Virus record (IMG/VR): IMGVR_UViG_3300025815_002670
Coordinates: 1 to 64,000 of that record
Origin: a virus
Reading direction: 5' to 3' (one strand)
DNA: 64,000 nt
The notes below the pieces were generated by a model. The model was not told where the DNA came from. It was given only the letters and a program-made list of their open reading frames with translations, and made no database searches. Shown in pieces: positions 34,407 to 45,300 of the stretch (the first letter of the stretch is position 1; each line of letters opens with the position of its first letter). A program made the translations under genes and the position numbers.

Positions 34407-35231
34407 ATGAAAATACTAGTAACAGGGTATAAAGGCTACATCGGAAGCCACCTATTCCGTGCTCTAGATAATGGAATAAATGTCGTACACGGCATCGATC
34501 TCAAAGACGGGAATGATATTCTACACAACCTTCCAGATTCGTCTTATGACGTAGTTTTCCACATGGCAGCACTCCCACGGGTTCAGTTTTCTGTAGAGCA
34601 ACCATCTTACACTTTTCGTCATAATGTTTATGCAACATCTGTTCTTCTCGAATGGGCTAAGAACCATAACGTAAAGAGAGTAATTTTCTCCTCTTCATCG
34701 GCAATTTACGGCGACGGAGAAGGCCCGAACTCTCCTTATGGTCTACACAAGTTGCTGTCAGAACAAGAGTGTCTCCTATATTCAAAGATCTATGACTTGG
34801 ACACAGTAAGTCTTCGTTACTTCAATGTTTATTCGGAGGACCAGGAATATGGAGGTTCATATTCAACAGTCGTAAGCGCTTGGATGGAAATGGTTCGCCA
34901 AGGGAAACCTTTACGCATTGACGGAGACGGCGAACAAACAAGAGACTTTATTCACGTTGACGACATTGTGAAGGCAAACATTTTTTGTATGAATCACAAA
35001 GAAAACTTTAATGGACAATTCTATGATGTTGGTAGCGGAGATGTTTATTCATTAAACAATATAAAAAGTTTGATTCAAATGGAAAGAAGAGTTTCATTTT
35101 ATAATGGACCGAGAAGGGCAGGAGATGTTCTTCACACGAGAATGACCGAAAAAAATCTTATGACTTTGGGCTGGGAGCCCACAAAGAATTTTGAAGAAGA
35201 AATAAAGAACTATTTCAAGGAGCAAAAATGA
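34407..35231 (+). CDS. NAD-dependent epimerase/dehydratase
   Basis: LVTGYKGYIG; SSSSAIYG; SPYGLHK; LRYFNVY; GDGEQTRDFIHV. Confidence 0.92.
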   Translation: MKILVTGYKGYIGSHLFRALDNGINVVHGIDLKDGNDILHNLPDSSYDVVFHMAALPRVQFSVEQPSYTFRHNVYATSVLLEWAKNHNVKRVIFSSSSAIYGDGEGPNSPYGLHKLLSEQECLLYSKIYDLDTVSLRYFNVYSEDQEYGGSYSTVVSAWMEMVRQGKPLRIDGDGEQTRDFIHVDDIVKANIFCMNHKENFNGQFYDVGSGDVYSLNNIKSLIQMERRVSFYNGPRRAGDVLHTRMTEKNLMTLGWEPTKNFEEEIKNYFKEQK

Positions 35232-35422
35232 AAGATATGTATTTAACAGACCAAGCGCTCGCAGCCCTAATGATGGCGCTACAGAAGTCCCTAATGGAGC
35301 AGTCAGATATTGTTCCGGTCCTTAAGGGCTTCAAGTTCCGCCTTTCAGACCAGGGTTTGGTCGTTTTGAACCCGCCTCTTGTAAAGATGGGGCATAATTT
35401 TGATGAAGAAGGGGAGGAATGA
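35228..35422 (+). CDS. Small hypothetical protein
   Basis: 64 aa, AAGGAG SD, ATGA overlap. Confidence 0.7.
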   Translation: MKDMYLTDQALAALMMALQKSLMEQSDIVPVLKGFKFRLSDQGLVVLNPPLVKMGHNFDEEGEE

Positions 35423-35423
35423 C

Positions 35424-35678
35424 TTGCCGCGTTATACTTATAGGTGCGATGCTTGTGCCGAGTATTTCGAAGTCTTCCATTCCATTCACGACCGTTTAAC
35501 TGATTGCAAGTGCGGCAGTGAGGGTTCTCTAAAAAGAGTTCCTTCACTGCCTTTTCGTGTTTCCGTAAACCAGGGCTCTCAAAAGCCTGGTGAAGTCGTT
35601 AGAGAGTTTATCGAAGACACAAGGAGAGAAATCGAAGAGGAAAAAAGAAATATGAAGGGTGATCTTAATGATGTTTGA
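35424..35678 (+). CDS. FmdB-family zinc-ribbon protein
   Basis: (M)PRYTYRCDAC...FE...CKCGS...LKRV; TTG start after GGAGG. Confidence 0.8.
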   Translation: MPRYTYRCDACAEYFEVFHSIHDRLTDCKCGSEGSLKRVPSLPFRVSVNQGSQKPGEVVREFIEDTRREIEEEKRNMKGDLNDV

Positions 35679-36012
35679 GGTTTTTATTGTTGTTTGTATC
35701 TTGTCTCTTGCTGTAAATGCGGGCGGGGCTTGGTACCTTAGAAATGTTTTGAGGAACTTTTATGATATGACCTCAAATATGAAAGACCTAACCGAAGAGG
35801 TTATGGACTTTGACGAGCACCTAAACCAAGTTCACGAAATGGAAATGTTCTATGGCGACGAGATTCTTGGCGGCCTAATCGCTCACTCCCGAGCCCTCCG
35901 TGACACACTGGAGGACTTTGCCGACATCTATGCCCTCATTGACGAGGACTATGACGAGGTTGAGGAGGATGAAACAGAGGAGGTGCCTGATGATGCCGAA
36001 GCCGATGCCTAA
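35668..36012 (+). CDS. Membrane-anchored acidic hypothetical protein
   Basis: N-terminal TM FIVVCILSLAVNAGGAWYL; acidic tail. Confidence 0.7.
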   Translation: MMFEVFIVVCILSLAVNAGGAWYLRNVLRNFYDMTSNMKDLTEEVMDFDEHLNQVHEMEMFYGDEILGGLIAHSRALRDTLEDFADIYALIDEDYDEVEEDETEEVPDDAEADA

Positions 36013-36694
36013 GAGAAGTCGTAGAAGAGGAAGACTTTATTTTACCGAAGAGCACGAAGACGCAATAGTGAGGTATGTCGCCTCCAACTGCATAAAAGAG
36101 CGATCAGAACTTTACAACGAACTTATTGGTCCAGCGTTCAGTGAGATGGTCGACAAGATCGTTTACACCTACAAGTTTACAACTTTACCGAATATTGAGA
36201 CGCTACAAGACGAGTGCAAGATCTACCTCGTAACGATCCTGCCAAAGTACAACAAGCAGAAGTCAAAGGCGTTCTCTTATTTTTCAGTCATTACAAAGAA
36301 CTGGTTTATTCACAAGGTTAAGAAGCAAGGCAAGAAACGCAGAACTGAGATGGAGATCATCGAGGAACTACCAAAAGAACTGGAACTCAAATACCTCTCA
36401 ACCAGTAACCCCTATCCAAAGAAGAGGGAGCACGAGGAGTTTTTCAACCACCTTATGACCGAGATCAACTCTTGGGAAGACGAGAAACTGAAAGAGAACG
36501 AAGAGAAAGTTTTGAACGCCATTAAGATACTTTTTGACTCTGCTAACGACATAGAAATTTTCAACAAGAAAGCTATTTACTTATACCTACGAGAGATAAC
36601 TGGCTTAAATACAAAGCAAGTTGTCAGCAACCTTAATAGAATGCGTGTTAAATATGTAGTATTTAAGGAAAAGTGGGATGAGGGTGAAATGTGA
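35990..36694 (+). CDS. Phage RNA polymerase sigma factor (T4 gp55-like late sigma)
   Basis: LYFTEE..AIVRY...LQDE...KYNKQKSKAFSYFSVITKNWFI resembles sigma region 2; start after GGAGG. Confidence 0.7.
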   Translation: MMPKPMPKRSRRRGRLYFTEEHEDAIVRYVASNCIKERSELYNELIGPAFSEMVDKIVYTYKFTTLPNIETLQDECKIYLVTILPKYNKQKSKAFSYFSVITKNWFIHKVKKQGKKRRTEMEIIEELPKELELKYLSTSNPYPKKREHEEFFNHLMTEINSWEDEKLKENEEKVLNAIKILFDSANDIEIFNKKAIYLYLREITGLNTKQVVSNLNRMRVKYVVFKEKWDEGEM

Positions 36695-36975
36695 AAGATC
36701 TTGAGACATACCTCGAAACAGCCATAGACAACGTTCAAAATGACCGAGAGGTCACCAGAGAGCTTCTGGACGACGTGATGCGTTACCTCGCTAAAGACGA
36801 ACAGAGACACGCACAGGTCGGTGCGGTGGCTGCTAAGTATGTTGAGACGCTTCAGAGGAGCAACGAACAACTGGTTAAGATCGCCAGCCTCGTTCACAAG
36901 CAGCAGTCAGGCGATGTTGGCCTGTCTGACAAGGACAAGGCTGATATCTTCGATCTGTTGCAGGAGGAGGGCTGA
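36691..36975 (+). CDS. Hypothetical helical protein
   Basis: 94 aa, GTG start overlapping the sigma stop. Confidence 0.7.
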   Translation: MKDLETYLETAIDNVQNDREVTRELLDDVMRYLAKDEQRHAQVGAVAAKYVETLQRSNEQLVKIASLVHKQQSGDVGLSDKDKADIFDLLQEEG

Positions 36976-38174
36976 TGGCAACCGGGTTTCCTACAATAAC
37001 CCCCGAACAAGTAAAAGAGTTTGTCGATGGACTTGGAGACTCGCTTGGGGTAGACGTAGCCGATCCGATCCTTAACCCTGGAATGATCATAGACAACCAA
37101 AAGGCGGTCTATGATGAACTGGTCAGCAATGCGTATGCAACAGACAAGTTCAAGAATGTCCTAAACTTCAAAGCCATTGTTCTTTGGAAACTCAAAACAC
37201 AGTCAGAGTTTTCTTTATTTTCTGCTCTACGAAGTTTGCTTCCTTTCCTTAACAGCCAGGGCTCTGAATCGTCAATCTTCTTCATTTGCTACATACCAGA
37301 ACTTCACGCCACAATGACAAACCCGCTTTATTTTGCTGGGGATCAACAGGAATACCTAAGGCGCATACTTCGGTTCCCATCTTTCCAAATAAGTTCTGTA
37401 GCGGACAAGACCAACAAAAGTTTGTTAGAAGAGTGCCAAGAGGGATCCGTGGTAAATGTCCGTTTCACTGACAGCAACAGAAGGCTTGGGTATGTAACAG
37501 AACTCGTAACAGAGGGAAACTGGTCAGAAGCGTTAAAGAATTCTGGAGTCTCTGATTCTTCACAGGTTTTTACCTCTGGGGATGCAGTCGTTTCCGAAGA
37601 CGCGGTAGCTTTTTACAATAGGTTGAGATCATCCGGCGCTTTTCAGGGTTATAGTGATGCAATGCTTATGGCTTTGACAGCAAACGCACAAGCAGAGTCC
37701 AACTTCTACTCTAACGCCGCAGGAGACGCCAGGTCGCCAGGTAATAAAGACTATCCTAAGACAATCAGAACGGCCAACGGAACAAATGGAGCAGAAGCAA
37801 ACTATTGTTCTTTCGGATACTTTCAGTTGAACATTTGCCCAGACACAGCAGAGGGCTCTTTGTTTATTGATTTTTTTGGTTTAGATAGGAACAACCCGCA
37901 AGAGGTGCTTGATGCAATTACGAACGAAGAAAAACAGTTTCAATTTATGGCGAACAGATTAACAAAAATCGGAACAATTTCTAAATACTTAACTCAAGAA
38001 GTCGCAGATGGTCTCAGTGAAGAAGAGACTGCCGCTTTCTACGGCGGACTTATCGCAAGAGACTTTGAGAGGTGCGCAGGGTGTGCAGACGGCGGCTCAA
38101 AAAATCAACAAAGACAAGAACTTGCAGCAGCACTCTACAGAGAGTTGAGACAAGAGAGCGAGGCTAACGCATAA
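36975..38174 (+). CDS. Baseplate hub protein with a C-terminal phage tail lysozyme-like domain
   Basis: ANAQAESNF...AGD...SFGYFQLN...DFERC (tail lysozyme); N-terminal OB-like segment (YIPEL...GSVVNVRF). Confidence 0.65.
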   Translation: MATGFPTITPEQVKEFVDGLGDSLGVDVADPILNPGMIIDNQKAVYDELVSNAYATDKFKNVLNFKAIVLWKLKTQSEFSLFSALRSLLPFLNSQGSESSIFFICYIPELHATMTNPLYFAGDQQEYLRRILRFPSFQISSVADKTNKSLLEECQEGSVVNVRFTDSNRRLGYVTELVTEGNWSEALKNSGVSDSSQVFTSGDAVVSEDAVAFYNRLRSSGAFQGYSDAMLMALTANAQAESNFYSNAAGDARSPGNKDYPKTIRTANGTNGAEANYCSFGYFQLNICPDTAEGSLFIDFFGLDRNNPQEVLDAITNEEKQFQFMANRLTKIGTISKYLTQEVADGLSEEETAAFYGGLIARDFERCAGCADGGSKNQQRQELAAALYRELRQESEANA

Positions 38175-39343
38175 TGGGAAATAGAACAAGAAGTTATTCA
38201 AGATACACTCAAAATGTTGAAGAAGGTTTTGCAAATGCAGACTTTTCACAAGAAGTCTACACCGAAGAGCAACTACCAGTTCCTGAAACTTCTAAGAATC
38301 TTCTCCCCCCACCCGAGCAAGATGCTAGGATTGGTGAAGCAGGTTCTAGCGATACTCTCGATCCTTATGACGGGAGTCTGGAGCCCTTTGAAAATGCAGG
38401 CTTGCAGAACAAGAAACTCAAAGAAAAACTACCAGCCTACAATGCCTCGGACAGCGAGACAGTAACATCCGGCCAGAACAACACCCACATCATCCTCGGC
38501 AGGGATCGTTGGGGCGGTCCTGAGACGGGCTACGGTGGCTTAGGGCACACGCGAGCAGGTGCAATAGACATTGTGGTCGGCTTACAGGGCTGGAGCCCTG
38601 GTGAGGCTGGTAAGACCGGAGAGAGAGGTGAGTGGATCCCTGGTCGAGCAGATAAGAACTTTGGTTCACTTAACCGAGACATTTCACCGGGAGATGCAGC
38701 GCGAATCTACATTTCTCAAAGAGCCGACATTGATGATTATTTTGACATCTGCGATGGCTTCGTCGGACGTTCTTATTCTGACTCCGCGATCGCGATGAAG
38801 GCAGACTCAATCCGAGTTATTGCAAGAAAGGGAATCAAACTAGTAACGCAGAAGAACCCTCCAGGTCGAAACTCAATAAATGGTAAGATTGGGACAGTCT
38901 ATGGAATCGACCTAATCGCCGGCAACAGAGACTTCAAGACTGGACTAGAAGGATTAACTATTGGAAATCCAGAGTTCCCCGGTGGGAGAGAAATAAACTA
39001 CTTACAGCCGATTCCAAAAGGCGACAACCTACAAGAGTATCTTTCAAAACTTCACGACAATGTTCAGTTACTTAACAGTATTTTGTCTGGTCTTATTCAG
39101 ATAACTTGGAACATCGCAGATAACACCATTAGTCCAGATGCGGTCATAGGTCCGCTATCTTTCGGAAGTTTCACTGTTCCGCCACCATCCGATTTCACAA
39201 ATTGGTTTGAGTATGTTATTCTTTCACTAAAGCAGTGGTTCAAATTGTGGGCGACAAGACAAGAGATGCTTGCTTACAAAATTGACTATTTAGAACCTGT
39301 TGGCTCTCTATATATTAATAGCCGACACAATAGGACAAACTAA
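38174..39343 (+). CDS. Baseplate spike/gp5 C-terminal-like protein
   Basis: GQNNTHIILGRDR...ARIYISQ...IAMKADSIRVIARKGIKL beta-helix-like repeats; position before the gp25 region. Confidence 0.55.
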   Translation: MGNRTRSYSRYTQNVEEGFANADFSQEVYTEEQLPVPETSKNLLPPPEQDARIGEAGSSDTLDPYDGSLEPFENAGLQNKKLKEKLPAYNASDSETVTSGQNNTHIILGRDRWGGPETGYGGLGHTRAGAIDIVVGLQGWSPGEAGKTGERGEWIPGRADKNFGSLNRDISPGDAARIYISQRADIDDYFDICDGFVGRSYSDSAIAMKADSIRVIARKGIKLVTQKNPPGRNSINGKIGTVYGIDLIAGNRDFKTGLEGLTIGNPEFPGGREINYLQPIPKGDNLQEYLSKLHDNVQLLNSILSGLIQITWNIADNTISPDAVIGPLSFGSFTVPPPSDFTNWFEYVILSLKQWFKLWATRQEMLAYKIDYLEPVGSLYINSRHNRTN

Positions 39344-42300
39344 TGACAATAAGAGTAAACAGAAGTGGCAGATCTGCCTATGAAGAGTTTGCAACAGAAG
39401 GCGAGTTAGAAGAACTTAGGAACTCTAACTTTAGTTTCGGCCAGGCTGGTCCGGCAATTGACCAAGCGGGGGCTGCTCTCGATGTTCAGCCGCCACCTGC
39501 TCCCCGCTCGCTGGGTCCAGATCCGTTCAGCCCTGTCCTAACCGAAGCCGCATTGGCAGAGGCTGGTCTCGATGTTGAACGTTTCAAATTTCTTGTTTGT
39601 GATCCACGCCCTGGCCTAGAAGAACCTGATCCTTGTCCTATTTGTCGTCCAAACCCGTTTGCCTATGTCCCAGATTATCGAATGATGGGCGAAGGCGAAA
39701 CATTCTTTGACGGCAAAGACTGCACGCAATGCATCGTCTATACCTTTGATTCCCCGGCAGTCGAAGGCGGTGTTCCGATCGAGAAGTTTGAGAGAGACGG
39801 AAAGTTCATTAATGAACAGAAAGAGCGCGCTGTAAAATACGCTCTTGACCTATTCAATAAGTCTGAGTTCATCACTGTTTACACTTATATTGAGAAGCCG
39901 CCAAGAGTCGACAAGTTCAACATTCTTGGAGGAGCAGCAGTTGGTGCTGTCGTCGGTTCAGCAGGAGGCATCCCTGGCGCTGTCATCGGAGCCGGCATCG
40001 GTGGTGTCTTAGATTACATGATTCCTCCAAAGGTTCCTGGCTACGACTTGGAAACTAGAGAAGAGAATGTCGTCGATTCGCTCGTCGCTCTTGCAACAAC
40101 AGAATATCATGTTCCAATCCAAAGAAAGTCTCGCACAAGACTTCTAATCAAGATCCCTGTCGAGGTTTTTGATCGCCTACCAGAGCGACTAGTCCAAGAG
40201 CCAGACACAGAGTTCGAAACAAAATTAGAAGTTACTTATCAAGGAAACCAGTTTGTCCCTACTCTACGTCGCATCTCCAAGGCTTTCAATGTCTACCACG
40301 GAGAGTCAAAGCGCTGGGCGACCTATGAAGGTGGACGTTTCGTTACAGCAACATCGTTCGCTGAATCTTCTAACAACTCAGACACAAGGGAGCGTGTTTA
40401 CCTAAATCTTGAGAAAGAAGCAGATCAAATAGACATTTTTAGAGATGCAGTAAAAGACTGGATTACCAGGAAAGAAATCGGAATGTCTTTTAGTCCTCTA
40501 CGACCAAACCGCGTTCCAGAGAAGATAACGTTCAAGTTCAAGAAAAAGGACAATAACCCGGAAGAGATCGAACTAAGACAAGTTGTCTTCAATAAGCCTG
40601 GCTGTGAAGATGTTACGATCGGAAAGAACGGGCGCTACAAGGGCCTTTTTAGAGAACTAAACGCATCCATAAAGAGGATCGACTCAAGGACTCTTTACTA
40701 CATCGGTTCAGGCCCAGAAATAGACACAGATCTAACTGCAAGAACCCCCACGCCTTGGCTACAAGTCGTCACCGACTACACTTACCCGCCATTGGAAGTT
40801 CTTTACGGAAGCAACGGAAACACGATCTACGATCAGAACAGAATAGACAAGTGCCTTGTGAAGAACACGAGCGTTGATGAAGACTTCGACCAGTTGATGT
40901 CCGGCATTGAAGACACTGTTCTTGGCGCACCAGATGCGTTCTTGGAGGCTTTCTCTAGGGGTGACGACCCTCTCTCCTGTAACACGGAAGGAAACGCTTT
41001 AGAAAAGGCTGGGCAGGCGTTTGCAACGACACCTGAACGCGCTTCGCAGATCCTAAACGCTTCCATCGCCGAAGCAAAGAGGAAGGTCGCAGTAGACGAT
41101 CCTTATCTCGCGATTGTCTTAGACGAGATCGGTGCAGCAGCAAAGGCAGCAAGGTCTTCTACAAACCAGTTCTTTTCGGAAGACGCAGTTGATTTAGGAG
41201 ATGGCGTGACTGTCAGCAATGACAGCGGCCTGGAAAACACCCCAAAGAATAGAAGAGAGACCAGAAAAGCTTTTAGAGACTACTACCGAGACAACCAGAA
41301 AGGCTTTATGGCTCGCGTCAACGACCGCATTGGTTGGTGTGGTTGGCTCGCACTTATCAAAGCAGCCGCTGACTGTGTTGCCAAGGGTCTTGGAGAAGAG
41401 AGTTCAACAAAGGCTCTTGCAAAGGCTGCCTTTGGCGCAATGGACGACAACTACCTTGGAAGGTCTTTCCTTGGCCTCCCACCAGAAGAACAGCAACGCA
41501 TTGCAGACAGGATCCAGTCAGAACTTGGCGACGTTCCTGCTCCTTGGGACATTGGTTACCAAGCAGGCAACTATGCAGGTGGCTCTTTCTCACTGAGAGA
41601 ACGCAAACTTGCAAACCAAATAGCAGACGGGACATTACAGCCTGGGACTACTGAATATGAAGAGGCTGTTGCAGAGTTGAATTCTACTGGATTCAACGCC
41701 TTGCCAACGGCGGAACAATTAAAGCAAGCAGAGGCTATTGACAGCGGCGAAATCACTGGTTTTGAGGCCGAAAGAATAGGAGAAGAGCTTGCAGCGACAG
41801 GGTTCTTCGAGTTTGGTGTCCTAGAGTTTGAAGGCGAAAAAATCTATTCCATCGTCAGAACAACTGATTCAGAACAAGAACTCCTACAAAGACTAAGAGA
41901 GTTCAATCAAAACTTTGTCTTCGACAGCGAAAGTGTCGGCGGCTTTGGACTGGACTCGGAAGGCGAACTTGCTTTCAACCAACGAAACTCATCACAGGGT
42001 TCAGGCGGAACTTATGGTGAGGCCCTTGGTGATGTTCAAAAAGAGATCACCGATGCTTACCGCAGAGTGATCCTTGACACGGTTGGGGCCGACTCTCTGC
42101 TCCAGACAATGAATAGGATCCCAGGTGCTCCCATTGTCGCAAGACTTCTAAAGAACAGTCCTTGCAAAATCAACTCCCCGATCAAGGCGAACCCAAGACT
42201 TGACAACTTCCTAAACACTTTGGAGTTTGACATTTGTCAGTGGGATGTTGATCTGACGTTGCCAGTTTTCTCGACTGGCCCACTGGCTATTGGTGCCTTC

Positions 42301-45300
42301 TTACAGGATCTCACAACAAGACTTCTGCTTGCCTTAGTGAACACTATTATTGACACTGCTCTTGCTATTTTCGCGCAGATTCTAAAGTTCATCCTCGACA
42401 AACTACTTTCCCTTGCTTGTGAAACCCTCGGTGCTCTCGGCGCAAACCTTGCTGGCCTTGCTTCCGGCAACAACCAGTTCCTAAACCTTCTCCGCGAAAA
42501 CCTTTGCCCAGAGGCGACAGAAGAGGATCTACTTGAGTCTCTAAAGAAGTTATTCTCGGTTCTTGGCGGCGACAACTACCCATGCTTGCAGGAACTCTCT
42601 AACCAAGAAATGGCAAACTTTATCGAAGACATGTCCCTCATGCTTACACAGGGACAACTTCTTCAACTCCTTGCTGGTGAGGCGAACGAGGAAACGATCA
42701 GGCTTGCCCTTGAGGTTGCAGCAACCAGCAACTCTCCTTGCATCCGTGACGTTTTCAGTGATCCAGGTTCTATTCAGAACTTCTTCCCAGCCCTCGGCAC
42801 ATTCATCCCAGACCTCGATCGCCTTCGCGATGTCATTGGAACAACCCCGGCGGCTCTACAACCCATTTACCCATGTGCTCCAGAAGTCCTAACAAGGATC
42901 GATGATCTACGCTGCGATCTTCTCGGTCAGAAGGGACTTACAAAGCGTCAATGCCGCGAAGAGTTAGACAAACTAAAGGATCAGGCGGTTCAGGATCTAC
43001 AAGATCTCCTTGACCTCCTACAGAACGGCCCAATGTCTAACTTCCCTCCACTTAACAGCGAGCCTGGTTGTCCGCCAAATGGTTTCCTCCCAGCGGTTGA
43101 TCCGTTCCTTGCAGATGCAAACTCACAGATTACAGGCATCCTATTTGATAAGGTTGAAGAGGCCCATCTAAGAGATCTTATGGGTAACATTAACTTTGCA
43201 ACTGGTCATGGTGGAGTCTTAAATGCAGTTCTTTCAGACACGATGGGTCGAACGTTTAAGAAGCACAACTATGTTATTAGACACTTCGGGGCTCCATTAG
43301 CAGAAGATCTTGGATTCTTTGAAACCTACAGTGACAGCGCCATTCGTGAGCCTGGTTCAACTGGAAAGGGTAAGCCAATAGACATTTATGGCAATCAACT
43401 TACTGACGACGAAATTGGAAACTTTGCTAACTACTCAAGAGGAGGTTATCCTCCAACAGTCGGCGCTTGGCTTGCACAAAACTACAGAACATTTGAGCCA
43501 GAGTTCAAAACCGTCAATATTCCAGGCGGCTACGACAGTGTTGACGAGGCCCTAAGGGAACTTGAAAAGACAGAAAAGAAGAACAGAGAAAGAATCAAAG
43601 CACGAAAGAAGTACCTAAGGCTTTGGATCGATGAGTTCAACTTTGATAGAAGAAAGACCTGGCCAGAGAAATACCAAAGAGCAGCAGACGACCTACTAGT
43701 CGGTGCAGAAAGGGAAATCTTTGGGCCAGACCCGACAAAAGAGACGATGAAGCACGAGGTCAACTCTCCAGAACAGAGAGCGTTCAACGCGCTAAACGGA
43801 AAGAACATCAGTGTTGCCGGCGTTCTAACAGGAAACAAGGTTCCCAAGAAGTGGGACGACGACCTGAAGAGGAAGTTGAGAGACATCAAGATCGAAGGAA
43901 AGAGATTCGATCCCGAAGAGCATAAGTCTTTTGTCGACGCTTTCGGCAAAAAAGCAAGACTTATTCCGCTTCCAGACACTTCTTCCGCAGATGTTCGTTT
44001 GAAGTATGAGTCTTTCCCGGTTCAGAACAACAAGGGAGAGGATTTAGGTTCTCCTTACTCAGTTTCCGTGGAATATGATTACAACTTATTTGATGAAGAC
44101 GGGGAGTTGATCAAGGATAATGTTTACAACCTCAAAGTTGTTGAAGAGATTAGAAGTATCAAGGGTGATCCTCTAAAGAAAAATGAAATAAAGAAGGTTG
44201 GGCCTGACCTACCTCCCGAGTCGATCCTTGGCGATGAGTACAGTTTCACAAGTTATAACCTTAAGATCAGAGGAACTGACGACCAAGATGTTGTAAGGCT
44301 TCTTGAAACGCTAGACGCTTCAAATGACATTCCAGATTCTTATCAGATAGAATATCTTTTCAGATATTTTGAAAGTATCTACCGAGAAGCAACAGACAGC
44401 ACAGACAGGAGAATAAGAGAGGTTTCATCGGAGGCAGGGCTAAGAAGATACTTCAAGGGTCCAAAGTCACCAGATGAAAAAATAAATGTTTTTGACTCCA
44501 TAAACTCTGGTTTCTTGCAAAGACTTTCTTACCTTATTTCAACCGGCCAAACTGGAAAGGGAAACAAGGGGCAAAAAGCACCTGAAGATTATGATGTTGG
44601 TAGAAGAAAAGAAAATCAAAACGAAGACAGAAGAAACAAAATCGATCTAAACCAGTTTTCAAAGGCGTTCAAGTTTGGCTATGACCCCTACAAGCAGCCA
44701 AAAATCACTTACATGGATGCTGAAAAGTATGGTGGTCTTCTTGGAAAAAGAGATCCTAAAAATGCTCCAAAGCCATTCTATGTCGAGGCCCGTCGATATG
44801 ATGGTTGGATGGACATAGCGGACGCCCTTATCCCGGAGTTAGACGGGTGTGAACCATCTTCTAAGCCAATCTTTGAACTGTCCGATGTAAAAGAGATTGT
44901 TGACAACTTTACAAACACAGTCCCAAGAGACGAGCGCCTTCAAGGAGATCCGCTATGTGTGGTCGAAGCACCTTTTGACAGAATCTTAGCACCAGAAGAT
45001 GCAGGCCGAATCGAAGGAGCAATCCGAGCAATAATCAGAATCTATGCTTTAGACGTATTTTTGCGAGCAGTTCCGGTGCTTACAGCTTTCGAAGTCAACA
45101 GCGTTAACTATGATAACCTTCTTGAATCTTTCATTGCAGAGAGAATGAGGCAAGGACTCTATGAAGACGGTGTTCGCCGCTCAAACGCCACAGACGAAGA
45201 ATACTACTTCCGTTTCATTGAGCAAGTTGCTAATAACACAGTAAGAAAGATCGATGCCGGCCTCTTAACAAGAGAGAGCGAGCCAGGAGCAGCCGACGGA

